NCBI RefSeq assembly: GCF_006345805.1
Contig: NC_043000.1
Span: forward strand, 78,182,001-78,246,000
From: Octopus sinensis
Lineage: Eukaryota
Direction of reading: 5' to 3'
DNA length: 64,000 nt
Positions 12,250 to 24,390 of this stretch are shown piece after piece; the first letter of the stretch is position 1, and each line of letters starts with the position of its first letter. The translations under genes and the position numbers were made by a program. The notes beneath the pieces were generated by a model that worked only from the letters and a program-made list of their open reading frames with translations, was not told the origin of the DNA and searched no databases.

Positions 12250-14393
12250 CATTACTGACAAGATCGTAATCATCAGCTTATAAAAGTTCCCCAATGAGTG
12301 AAGTAAAAATATTCGTTTTGAACTTCAGTCTGATCAGATTAAAAACATTCCCTGTTGTCCGATATTTTATGTAAATACCCTCTACAGAGTTTTGAAAAAC
12401 GTGTGACAACACAACAGCAAAATATATTGCAAAGAGTACGGGTGCATCAAGGTGTCCTTGCTTCACTCCATTTTCCACGGCAAAAGATTCAGAGAGCATA
12501 CCACCAAAATTAACTCTAGCTTTCATATCTTTCTGGGTAACCTATTTTCCTTAGAATTGGCCACAGAGCATTTCAATAAAGAGTATCGAATGCTTTGCTC
12601 AAATCAACAAAGCAATATAGAGCAAGATTCTTTTCAATGCATTTCTCTTGCAATTTTCTGACAGTAAAGATACAATCAGCAGTGCCCTTGGAGGAGCGAA
12701 AACCACACTGAGACTCTGACGCCATATTTGAAACTATGAAGGTATTTAAACGTTCTAATAAAATGCGGGCAAGTACCTTTCCAACCACAGACAAAAGCGA
12801 AATCCCACGAAAATTACCACACAGATCCTTTGGCACCGATTTATTCAAGGAAATTAAAAGGGCATCAATTCAGTCTTGAGGCACTTTCTCAGTTCTCCAA
12901 CAATGACAAGTTAATATTTTTAAAAATTCAATAATTTTGTCACCCCCATATTTCAAGACTTCTGCACAGATTCCACCAGACCATGGAGATTTATTGTTAT
13001 ACAGCTTATTCACCGCTAAATAAATGTCATTCAGAGTTGGTTCAAATGCTCCAGTGAGAACAGCAAATGACTGACACTGCTTCTATTCACAAACGCTGGG
13101 TAGGACAGTTTTCTGCACTTTTTCATAGACCATCATCCGCTGAAGCTTACAGAAAACCGAAAAGAAAAGTGCAGACTATAATTGGAAGATGTTCTTGTCA
13201 GTCATTCTGAATCAGGTCTGCAATCTCTTGTATTTGCATTTGACTCAGCTTGTAATGATTTTGGCTTGACTATCAACTTGAAAAAAGAGAAAATGTTAAA
13301 AACAGTTGTAATGTATAACCCTGCATGTGGTGATGTTTGTAAACCCACTAAAATTTTTGTTAAGGGTAAATTATTTGAGATTGTCGATTCGTTCATCTAC
13401 CTTGGAAGCTCTGTACAAAATGATGGAAATCTAGATACAGAAATATATCTGTGAATTCAAAGTGCAGCACAAGCATTTGGTGGCTTGGAGTCACGCGTTT
13501 GGCGCCAGCGACATATAAATAACAATACAAAGCTAGCTCTTTACAAATCATTTGTTTTACCATCCCTGTTGTATTCCTGTGAAACATGGACATGTTATGA
13601 AAGACATTTAAAACTTTTAGAAAAATTTCACCAAAAATGCCTTCATCGCATTTTAAACATTAAATGGATTTTTTTTTACTCCAAACACTGGTGTCCTTGC
13701 ATCTGCAGGCATCACCTGAAATAAAGCTATGATTTTGAGAAACCAAATGAGATGGTGTAGCCATATTGTTGGAACGGCGGATGAACGCACATCCAAACAA
13801 CTGTTTTATGGTGAGCTTGAGAGGGGAAATGCCATCGGCGTAAACATAAAAAAAGGTTTAAAGACGACATAAGGACTACTATGGAGTCACTTGGAATGGA
13901 TGCAGAGGACATAGAAACCCTTACTTCGGTTCGAGCTGGATGGCAAACAAAAGTGTGGAATGGGGTGAAAGCGTTTGAAGAGGCCAGGATAACGCATGCA
14001 AGACTCAGGAGAGATTTAAGGAACAGTATTACGATCGAGAAGGTGAATCACAATGCCATTGTTTGTGTGTACAGTTTGCGACAGACTATGCCTTTCTTTT
14101 GTGAACCCATGGAAAACGAACCTTCACCAACTATTCTGCCTATATGTCTGTGCACACCTTTTAATGCAATGTATGTCATAAGGTCTGCAAATCTAACAGA
14201 GACCTCAAAAGACATTTTAAGACCCACAAAAGATCAAAATTTATCTGCAGCTCTTGGTGGTCGAAATCGGATATGCAATCTATGTGGGTGTCTTTTCAAA
14301 ATATTGTCTGGTTTAAAAAACGAGATCAGATACCATGATTGTTCTAAAATGTAGGTACAGAAGGTGGTCAAACTCTGCATAAGGTGTAGACAA

Positions 14394-14400
<7 letters not shown>
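12250..14400. mobile_element. RTE-clade LINE with inverted 5' segment (- strand 12250-13160, + strand 13187-14400)
   Basis: Minus strand: NFRGISLLSVVGK, QCGFR, FVDLSKAFD, GVKQG, ELL*ADD. Plus strand: LVSHSESGLQ, FIYLGS, LPSLLYSCETW, C-terminal CNLC..H. Flanked by (TA)n on both sides. Confidence 0.85.
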
Positions 14401-14471
<71 letters not shown>

Positions 14472-14527
14472 CATAATATAAATATATATACTAGAAAGCT
14501 GGTGTATATATATATATAATATATATA

Positions 14528-14563
<36 letters not shown>

Positions 14564-14595
14564 TGTATGTATGTATATGTATGTATGTATGTATG

Positions 14596-14627
<32 letters not shown>

Positions 14628-14630
14628 TAC
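14401..14630. repeat. (AT)n and (TATG)n microsatellites
   Basis: Directly visible. Confidence 0.95.
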
Positions 14631-15162
14631 TTCAGGTATATAAGAACTGTAATAAACGAGTGAAGGACGAATATATAGTGCGTGTGTTTATTTGGCAAAA
14701 AATTCACAACGTAATATATTATCAGTATTTTGATCATTTATAGAATCTAAACATTGTACTGAATGATTATTAATAGCATTAATTTCACTATATATATTAT
14801 CAGTTCTACAATTATTTATAGATTTGGAATTTAGATATTCTCCAATTCTCTGTTTACTTTGTGCTGCAATAACCTCAACTAAATTTCTAGTGGTTGAATA
14901 CGAAAACTTAACATTATTTAATGTCTATTAAATAATTTCCCATATTTACTTGAAGGTGGGAAATACCTATCTAGTGCTGCAAAGAATTTACGAGGGGTAT
15001 TAGAAGCTATTGAATATGAAAATGGAGTATTATACCATATAATATTTGTTGGTCTATTCTTATTGTTTCTATAAACATTTTTGTCATTATTACTTTTTTA
15101 AAAATTGAGTTGTTTCCCATTAAAATTTTTATCCATAAATTTGTAGTTATTATTATTATTAT

Positions 15163-15620
15163 TGAGTGAGAGAGCAGTCCATGCCATCAAAGTGACACTG
15201 GGATAAAATATACGAAGCCCAGCATACCCATCATGCTTACCCGTCTGATAAAGGTACATCAGGCACATGCATCACAACCATATGTGCACGACATGGCGAT
15301 CCTATATCAAGATGAACAGTGCATGACCTTGCAGATGGGACCTAGTTAAAATGTTCTTCAGATCGAGTGGTCCAACCCGCTCAAATGGTCCTTGAATAGG
15401 AGTTGTTTAAGGATGTTGAAAGAAACACCCATGTTTGCAGAGGTAAATTATCCAAATCCCAGAGAATTCCTCTCAACACATAGCTATGATGCTCCTCCAT
15501 TCTTCTGTTCATGATCAAAAACGCATATGTCATTATCCACCAAAGAACATGCTCAACTGGTTACGGCCAAACAGCTGACAAGCAAATCTGTTGTATTGAG
15601 CACAATATTTACTGTATCCC
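15163..15620 (-). mobile_element. Non-coding element X, flanked on both sides by (TTA)n
   Basis: Its terminus gagtgagagagcagt.catgc.atcaaa is shared with 34993, 45013 and 55094. No meaningful ORF. Both ends abut TTA runs. Confidence 0.7.
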
Positions 15621-15705
<85 letters not shown>

Positions 15706-17480
15706 TAAATTATTATTATTCTTATTTAAATTATTTAATAAACATAGCGCCAAGTTTTCGTATTCAACCACTAGAAATTTAGCTGAGATTATTGCAGCAC
15801 AAAATAGACAGAGAATCGGAGAATGTCTAAATTCTATATCTATAAATAATTATAGAACTGATAATATGTATAGTAAAATTAACGTTATTGATAATCATTC
15901 GGCACAAGGTTTAGATTCAATAATTTATCAAAATGCTGATAATATAGTTAGTCTTTTACCTTGTATTAATATTAATTCTAATAAAAATTATTATTATAAT
16001 CCAACCTTAACACCTATTTTACAGACAGGTGCTAGTAGAAATTCTTATAACTATGAGGGCAAATTACAAGTGAACAAATCCATGTGTAATTGTGTAAACA
16101 AAACTCTAGGAAATCAGTGCTTAACGAAGAATGTAGTATATCAGTGTGAAGTAATAACGAGACATTGTAAGTATTGGTATATTGTTTCTTCTGCTACTAG
16201 TTAGAAATCTAACTTTTATAATCATTCTAATTCCTTTAAATATAGAAGAAAATGTATTTCTACTAATCTTAGTAGATGCATTTGGAATTTAAATGATAAG
16301 AATATTAAATATGACTTAGTTATGCACCGTATAATATTGGTAATTCTACTTGTGATCTTTGCCTAGAAGAATTATATTTTATAATTATTTTAAAATTAAT
16401 TTTATTGAATTTTAATGGGCACCTAACTTTAAGATGTTGCCATAAATTTAGAAAGACATTCAAATGCTTCATTTATTAATTATAATAATCTTTTATTTAA
16501 TTATCAAATAATAAGGCTAATTTCTATTAAAGTGCTTAATATAATGAGTAGGTAATTAATTATAGCGTTGTAAAGTAACTAAGCTTCGATTAAGTAGAAC
16601 GTAGAATGCTTATCTATAATTTTTATTCTTTTAATTATCTACCGAGATCATCAAGAATTGTATATAGTATTAATTATAGTAACTTTTCAATTATTATATG
16701 ATAATCTTAATTCCTATAAAAGGGCGTAATATAAAAATAAATTGGTACACTTTTACTTGTTTCAGTCATTTGACTGAGGCTATGTTGGAGCACCGCCTTT
16801 AGTCGAACAAATCGACCCCAGGACTTATTCTTTGTAAGCCTAGCACTTATTCTATCGGTCTCTTTTGCCGAACCGCTTAGTTACGGGGACGTAAACACAC
16901 CACCATCTGTTGTCAAGCGATGTTGTGGGGGAACAAATATATACACACATACACATACATATATATACATATATACGACGGGCATCTTTCAGTTTCCGTC
17001 TACCAAATCCACTTACAAGGCTTTGGTCGGCCCGAGGCTATAAGTAGAAGACACTTGCCCAAGGTGCCACGCAGTGGGACCGAATCCGGAAGCATGTGGT
17101 TCGTAAGCTAGCTCCTTACCACACAGCCACTCCTACGCCTGTTTAATTATCTTATCCGTTATTTTTAGTCATCAGTTGTTAAGCGTAGTCATCAATAATT
17201 GTATATATTATTATTAATTATAATTTTTCAATATTTATATAAGGTTAATTCCTATATAAGAGACTATTATAATGAATAAACAGATATTTCGTTGTTTTTT
17301 CTGTAATTTTTATTTTTTTAATTATCCAGTGAGATCCTCAGTGGTTGTATATGTTGTTTAATAAATTAATTCTTCAGTTATTATAAAAAAAAGGTTAATT
17401 CCTATAGAAGGGTTTATTATATTAAATGAATAAATATTATGATTATTGCGACGTAAGGTATGTAAGTATATTGCGTAGAA
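15706..17480 (+). mobile_element. Decayed Penelope-like element: GIY-YIG endonuclease end plus repeated AT-rich terminal segments
   Basis: FSYSTTRNLAEII, CNC...GNQCLTKNVVYQCEV, then frameshifted NHSNSF, CIWNL, CDLCLEE and CCHK. A partially repeated ttaattcctata.../ttatc..gagatc.tca unit occurs at ~16620-16740 and ~17240-17430. A SINE A is inserted at 16750-17141. Confidence 0.55.
16750..17141 (-). mobile_element. SINE family A, full-length copy
   Basis: Reverse complement of 3061-3483 from head to tail. Confidence 0.85.
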
Positions 17481-18239
17481 TTATTATTTGTCGCTTTTAT
17501 TCTTTAGTTATCTATTAAGCATAATGTAGAATTCTTGTCAGCAATTTTTGTTCTTTAGATATCCAGCGCCGTCATCAATTTTAGTAGATAAATATATTCG
17601 TTTTCTACGTTAGTTTTTTTTTTTAATGTAGATTTCAAGTTGTCAAAAATTATGGAATTAGTATAGTACTTTATATTTAATGACGTCGCTCTTGATTGAA
17701 TGAATCTCTCTATATATAAAGCTGAAGTTGTCTGTGTATGGCATGTTTGGTAGCCTTCAACTAACACTATCTCCTCCGAGACCCTGCGTCGCAAGTTGAC
17801 CAAAATTGAAAATATGATAGAAGAAGGCTTGCTCTTCCTTCCGTAGAAGAAAAAAAAATCAAATCGGACCATGTTAGCACCAAAAATTATTTACATCAAA
17901 AAGGTGCTTTTTTTCTATGAAAATCCCTATTTTTTTTACGATTTTTGACTGCTGTGTCGGCATTTTTCAGTGTATTTCAACCAGAAAAAATGTTTCACTT
18001 AAAGAGAATAACAAGCTACATAATGCAAAATTTTTACGTATCAAAAATTCCAATTCTAAAGGGTCGAAACAGACCCGAGCAACGCCGTTCGATACTGCTG
18101 GTGAATGTCTAAAGTTAAATTTGGTTTGGCGTTTCTTTTTGTTAGCATTTTTTAACAGCTAAAATTTTTTCAGATATTCAGTTAGAATTTCTACAATTTG
18201 GATTACCTTAATAATGTTGTGTTGACATAAATTTTCGTA

Positions 18240-18460
18240 CATGTGGCTGTGTGGTAAGGAGCTTGCTTACCAACCACATGGTCATGGGTTCAGTCCCACT
18301 GCGTGGCACCTTGGGCAAGTGTCTTCTACTATAGCCTCGGGCCGACCAAAGCCTTGTGAGTGGATTTGGTAGACGGAAACTGGAAGAAGCCCGTCGTATA
18401 TGTATATAAATATATGTGTGTGTGTGTGTATGTTTGTGTGTCTGTGTTTGTTCCCCCAAA
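18240..18460 (+). mobile_element. SINE family A, 5' half
   Basis: tggctgtgtggtaagg...ggttcagtcccactgcgtggcaccttgggcaagt... Confidence 0.8.
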
Positions 18461-19113
18461 CTCTGGGTTCGATTTGCAAGACTAAAGAAAGTTATCGCTT
18501 AAAATATTGCAGCAAAGAATGTCAGTTCTTCTAATTTATCACTCTTTACAGTTCTCATCTTTTAAATTTATTGTACAAAACATTATCCAGCTAATTCGTA
18601 AGTTTGTCTAATTAGTCAATTAGCCAAATTCTACTTAAATAAATTGAGTGTTATTCATAAACTATAATAAAGCAAGTTTAATATTCAAATTTTAATTTTA
18701 GCTGCAATATTTTAAGTAAAAAGTTTCTTATTCTTTACCTTACTTGAAGTAATAGTTTGTCCTATACTTTTACAGGTGTAGTAACTTGTCCTGTACTTTT
18801 CCAGGTTTATAATCTTAAGAATATTACTTTTCCTGCTCACATTTTTCCATGTAATCCAATATTTTCCCAGACATTGCTGCTATAAGATAATTAATAATGT
18901 GTCAATTAATAATTTAGGATTTTACCTTATAAAATACTGGGTAGGAGGATACATTGGCTACTATTTTTAGCGTGTTGAGGCTCTTTCATTGGTTTGATTG
19001 CATGATGAGATTTTTTACACATATATGTATAATATGCATATATATCATTGGCAGAAGTTAGAGAGTTTCCTTACGTCCATGACGTAGAAAGTTTAATTTT
19101 TTGTGTTTGTAGT

Positions 19114-19178
19114 ATAGAGTCTGACGAGCTGTCCACAAGGCTTTGGTTTTGTGGATACGAAACCTTCAGTAACTCTAT
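19114..19178 (+). ncRNA. Type I hammerhead ribozyme
   Basis: Stem I: ATAGAGT(19114-20)/ACTCTAT(19172-78), 7 perfect bp. Core CTGACGA at 19121-27. Stem II: G19128-C19158, one bulged C, then TGTCCACAA/TTGTGGATA. GAAA at 19159-62. Stem III: 2 bp (AC/GT) with loop CTTCA. Cleavage triplet GTA at 19169-71. Confidence 0.85.
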
Positions 19179-20030
19179 GTCCAAAATTTAATTTTTTGGT
19201 GTAATAATTACTGCTCTATTCTTTAGAGTGTGCTTCTCTTCTGATATATGCTTTATTGACTATATATATATATATATGTGTGTGTGTATGTCTGTATTGA
19301 TTTTAATTCTGAGGCTCTTGTTAGACTCTAGCCCTAGTAAGTTCTGATCAAGCAGATCTAAGGTAAAAACTATTCTCGTCTTTTTGTGTATCATGGGGTA
19401 CATTATCCATTGTATACTTGTGTATTTGACTCTAATTACAAATATACGTTTAGTTAGCACACAGTCGTGTTCCCATATTATGAGGGTTTTGCTCTGTTTC
19501 TCTTCATAGTCTGTGTCATATCTATGATTAAATGTGCAGGTGTGTTTTTCATATAATTTGTGTTTAAATATCTATTAAGGTCGTCCATTAGTTTCAAAAC
19601 ATCTTCGTCAAATTTATTCTTAAATTGGTTTAATTATTTTGTATTTAATTTTCTCATTTTTTAGAACTGCAGCTCCTGGAACGCACATTCCACACACTCA
19701 CACACATACATACACATACACACAACCCCACACACATACATACACATACACACAACCCCACACACATACCATACCCCGCACCATTCACAAAACATCACGT
19801 AATACAGACCACGTCACTTTTATCTATCGAACGATACATATATACATACATACATATTTATATATAGATACATACACACACATACACGCACGCACACGCA
19901 CACACACACACACACATATATGTACACACACACACATATATATATATGTACACACACACACAAGATATATACACGTAAGATATATATAAATACTTAAGAC
20001 ATATACATATACACAACCAGAAGACAAGGA

Positions 20031-20400
20031 ATGGAACATCAGCATCACGAAGGAAATACTAGTGAAAGACAGACTAACTATAGTGATAATCTGACTACTT
20101 TCAACGAAATAAATACCAATTCCAGCGAAAGACAAGATACTTCCAGTGAAAAAAAGATTACTCTCAGTGAAATACAGGCCAGTTTCTGTGAAATACAGAC
20201 CAATTCCAGTGAAACAGCGCAAAGTCCAAGATGGCTTAAATGGTTTATTCTTGTTATTTCTTATATCATCAACGTCATCGTAACAGGTATAGTGTTCTCT
20301 TTTGGTGTTCTTTACGTGAGACTTTTGGATGAATTCAAGCAGGGCAAAGCCCGTACGGCAGCCGTCGGTTCAATATCCATTGGATTACTTTTTGGTGTTG
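20031..20400 (+). CDS. SLC16/MCT-family transporter, coding exon 1 (N-tail, TM1, most of TM2)
   Basis: Begins at ATG and encodes WLKWFILVISYIINVIVTGIVFSFGVLY...GSISIGLLFGVG. Ends G|GTACGT (phase 1, 370 nt) and joins exon 2 in frame. Confidence 0.9.
20064..20210 (+). repeat. Coding 21-nt minisatellite, 7 degenerate units (heptad E-I-Q-T-N-S-S)
   Basis: Units: ERQTNYS, DNLTTFN, EINTNSS, ERQDTSS, EKKITLS, EIQASFC, EIQTNSS. The DNA consensus is approximately GAAATACAGACCAATTCCAGT. Confidence 0.75.
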
Positions 20401-21734
20401 GTACGTTACAACCTTCTTTTTCTTTCTTTCTTTCTTTCTTCTTTCTTTCTTTCTTTCTTTGGCTCCAAGGTTGTCAAGAAAAGTCGTTACCTTCAACCCC
20501 CACTCCCTACAATGCAAACACGTACACACATACAGAGACACTCTCACACACACCACACATTTTCAAGGAAAATATTGACAGTGAATTCGTAATTTCACCG
20601 TTAGTCTGTTTTGTCAGACTGACGAAGCCGACTGTCAGCGTAACTTCGAAGTCACTGTCAACTTTTTCTTAGTAAAAAATTAATTCAACTTTATTAATAT
20701 CATCCTCCAGTTAACGTTTGACTGTTTATCTTTTGTATGGCTTGGTTTTTCTCTCAAGACATGGAGTATTCCTTACATCCATGTCAATTGAAAATTGTAG
20801 GATTAAACATTTCCTCCCATGAAATATATTATTTCTGATTTACGTACAAGACTAGAAAGTTTGAGAGGAGAAGGTTAGACGATAATATCAACTCGCATTT
20901 TATTTTATCGACCCTGTGGAGAAGAAAGGCAAAGTTAACCTCGGTAGGATTTGTACCAGGAACACATACCGCAAAACATTTTCCTAGACGCTCTATGGAT
21001 TTTGCCAATCTTCATCAGTACAGGATTGACTCTTATCCGTGAGCAAAATCAGAAGCTTCATTAAATCTAATATTATATATAAATAGTCTTTCTTCATTTT
21101 TTTAATCCTTTAGTCAGGAAAGAAGGCAATGCCAGTGACCATTTACAAAGCTTCGGAGACTGTATGGGAGAAAGGTATCCTCTAGCGAGAAACCTGACCC
21201 AAAAGCTTGCAACTGAGTGGATTCCGCTAAAGATGCCCGAAGTGCCTGGTAGTGGTGTTAAATCGGCTACAGATTAAACCTACCGCCCATGTAGGTCATG
21301 GCGTAATTTGAAGTCAGAATGTAGAGATCCAGAACAAATACTGCAAGACATCCGTTTCAACGTTCTTAGAGTTGCGTCAGTCCACCTCTCTAGATTAGTG
21401 CTTCTTTTATTGACTCCTAAACAATGGAAGGCCGAACAGACCTCGACAGGAATTGAACCCAGTGTGCAGAGAGTCAGAACAAACCTTGCAAGACATTGTA
21501 ACCTATATTCTAACGATTATGTTTTTTACAAAGTTCCTCCAATAAAATATGGCTCTGCAGTTTGATGTTTCTAAACCAGTATAGTGGTTAGTAATATATT
21601 TGGTCTTTTCAAAGTATGTCCAATGAGAACAATCTTTTCAAACATAAAATTCCATCTGTTGAATAAAATGCACAACGTAATGATCGTGAACCTAACACAA
21701 CGCCATGCGCTTTCACTTTCTCCACTCGGTAAAT

Positions 21735-23135
21735 ATTGGTTTCAAATTTTGGCACAAGGCCAGTCATTTTGGGGGAAGAGGTAAGTCGATTACACAGACC
21801 CCAGTGCTCAACTGGTACTTATTTTGTCGATTCCGAAAAGATGAAAAACAAATCGCCCTCAGAACGTAAGGACGGACGAAATGCCGCTAAGCATTTTGCC
21901 GATGCGGTAACGATTCTGCCAGTTTGTCGCCTTCTATTAGAAAAATATCAAAATAATATTAATGGTGCAGAAAGTACTCAGATTTTCTTTAATGTTTCAG
22001 TCGGCGGAAAGGGGCTGGGACTGTCCAGAACTGCTAAGATTGATTAATTTGAGGTTCAGTTTAAGCAATTCAAGACGAACTTTATCTTTCACCCTTCTAT
22101 GGTCGACAAAATAAGGAATCATTCATTCGCATACATACATGCTTGCATATATCTATACATACGTGCTGCATGTATACATCCCCATCTCACAAACATACAT
22201 AAATGACTAACTAACTTACATGTACACATGTGCAGAGAAAGTCTAGGGTGGTGGACTGGTGGAATCAGTAGAACGCCGTATAGGATGCTTTGCGATATTT
22301 GTTTCGGCTCTTTATGTTTAATTTCCAATTTCTACTTGGGAGGCAGGCTTAATCTATTGTTTAGAACACCACCTGGCACCTTGGGTGCCTTACTCTGTTG
22401 CAAGCATTCAGATTAGTCTCCGGTTTGAAGGTAATTTCCTCACTCCACCAGCGCCTTGGAGGCCCTGAAAAAGTGTATATTGCCCTTTCTAATTCGTGTT
22501 GCATTGATGAGATCCTTTTTTCATTGGTAAGTGGAAGAAAAAAGAAAGGAAATAAGAAAGATGCTACACAAAATATCCCTCTCCTATTAAAAGCCAGTTA
22601 GTTAAAATCTTTATACTGTTCTATGATCAAATCCATTCATACACTGTGAACAAGAATTTTTCTCTAAAACTTCAAGATAAATTGATGAATAAATATTAGC
22701 TTCAAATTTTGGCACAAGGCCGGAAATCTCGGTGGTGGTGGTGGGGTAGGGATGAAGTCGATCATATTGATCCCAGCACACTACTATTATTTATTTTATC
22801 GACTCTGAAAGGATGAAAGGGAAAATCGACTTCGGTGGAATTTTAACTCAGAACGAAATGCCGCTAAGTAATTTGCCTAATGTGCTAACGATTCTGCCAG
22901 CTCGCCGCCTTTTGATGAATAAATATTGGTTTCAAATTTTGACACAAGGTCAGTCATTTCGAGGTAGGGTGCTAGTCGAATATATCGACCCCAGTGCCCA
23001 ACTGGTACTTATTTTATCGATTCCAAAAGGATGAAAGACAAAGTCGACCTCGGCGGAATTTGAATTCAGAATAAAATAACAGACGGAATACTACTAAACA
23101 TTTTGCCCGGTGTGCTAACGGTTCTGCCAGCTCGC
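21735..23135 (-). mobile_element. Three SINE family B copies (21735-21935, 22695-22912, 22918-23135; the last two are tandem)
   Basis: Each reads on the minus strand: ggcg..gagctggcagaatcgttagc ... gttctgagttcaaattccgccgaggtcgactt ... ataagtaccagttg..cactggg ... ccttgtg.caaaatttgaa.cc. Confidence 0.8.
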
Positions 23136-24390
23136 TGGATTTTGATGAATAGATATTAATTGTTTTAAATTCATATAAGGAAAGCAAAAACAAAACAATA
23201 ACAAAAGCGACACAAAAAAAAAGAAAAAAGAATTATAAAAAAAAAACTGGAACAGATGTGTTTAGTGATTGGAAGAGTGATGACATGTTTTTTTTATTTT
23301 AAGTAAGCTAAGCTCATAGATTGCAGAATTAAATGGGATTGGTTTGAGCTGGAACTTTCATGGCATGTCATATTTTCTTAGAACATAAAACGCTTAAGAA
23401 GCTGTTCGGTTTACTGGCTGGGTCATTTTAAGGAAGGAGTTTATTGAATCTCTGTCTTCAGGGATGGTCAGACAGGGAAGTGGTGTATGGATTAACTGAT
23501 GTTTCTGTACTTAGGGACACCAATAATGTTTACAAGACCTGAACTTAATAGTACCTCTCCACCCACAATAGTGCGTCACTTTGCATACATACATATATGC
23601 ATACACACACAAACACACACACGCGCGCACGCGCGCACACACACACACGCGCACACACACACACACGCACACACACACAGTTATGTACATATGTTCGTTA
23701 TTTTGTATATATCTATGAACGTTTATTTGAAGTTTTTGTCTATTTTTACTCGAGCTATTTATTTAATCTACTTTTATTTTATTGAAGTTCATTGAACAGA
23801 ACATACGACAATAACACCAATCAAATATTTATCTTTCAGGAAGTGGGCGCGCACGTGCATGTGTGGTGTGCGCGCGCGCATGTGTATGCATACATGTATG
23901 TATATGTGGATATATATACGCGCACGCGCGTTTGTATGTATGCATGGGTGTGTGTAAGTATGCATGCATAATTAACTTGCAGTGTATTTTTTTTGTAAAA
24001 TTCGAACCGGTCATTAAACAAATAGACCATTCCTCTTTGTCTGGGTCAAGACAGTTCCAGTAATTTGTGAGTATGTTAGTATGAGTTCGTATGTGTATAT
24101 ATGTGGCTGCATATGTAATGCATTTGCACTGCTGCAATGAGTGTATACTCTTTTCATATGCGATTGTATGCTTGTTCTTTATGTATGTATGAATGTATGT
24201 AAGCCATTGTTCAGTTTTATTTCAAGATTTCTTGCCAATAGGGAAAAAAACTGGTTTCTAAGATCCCAGGCTCCTTCATTGGAATTTCAACATCAACAGG
24301 GTATTTTTGTTCGTATGTATGTATGTATGTATGTATGTATGTATGTATGTATGTATGTATGTATTTATGCGTGTATGCATGTATGTATGT

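Noticed and set aside
17325-17350. CTGAGGA on the minus strand within the Penelope terminal repeat
   Set aside because: No stem II partner or correctly placed GAAA/NUH.
20401-20672. C-terminal part of the 213-aa ORF 20031..20672
   Set aside because: It is read-through into intron 1 past the GT donor at 20401, over (TTTC)n and CA-rich sequence. The MCT homology continues at 35341.
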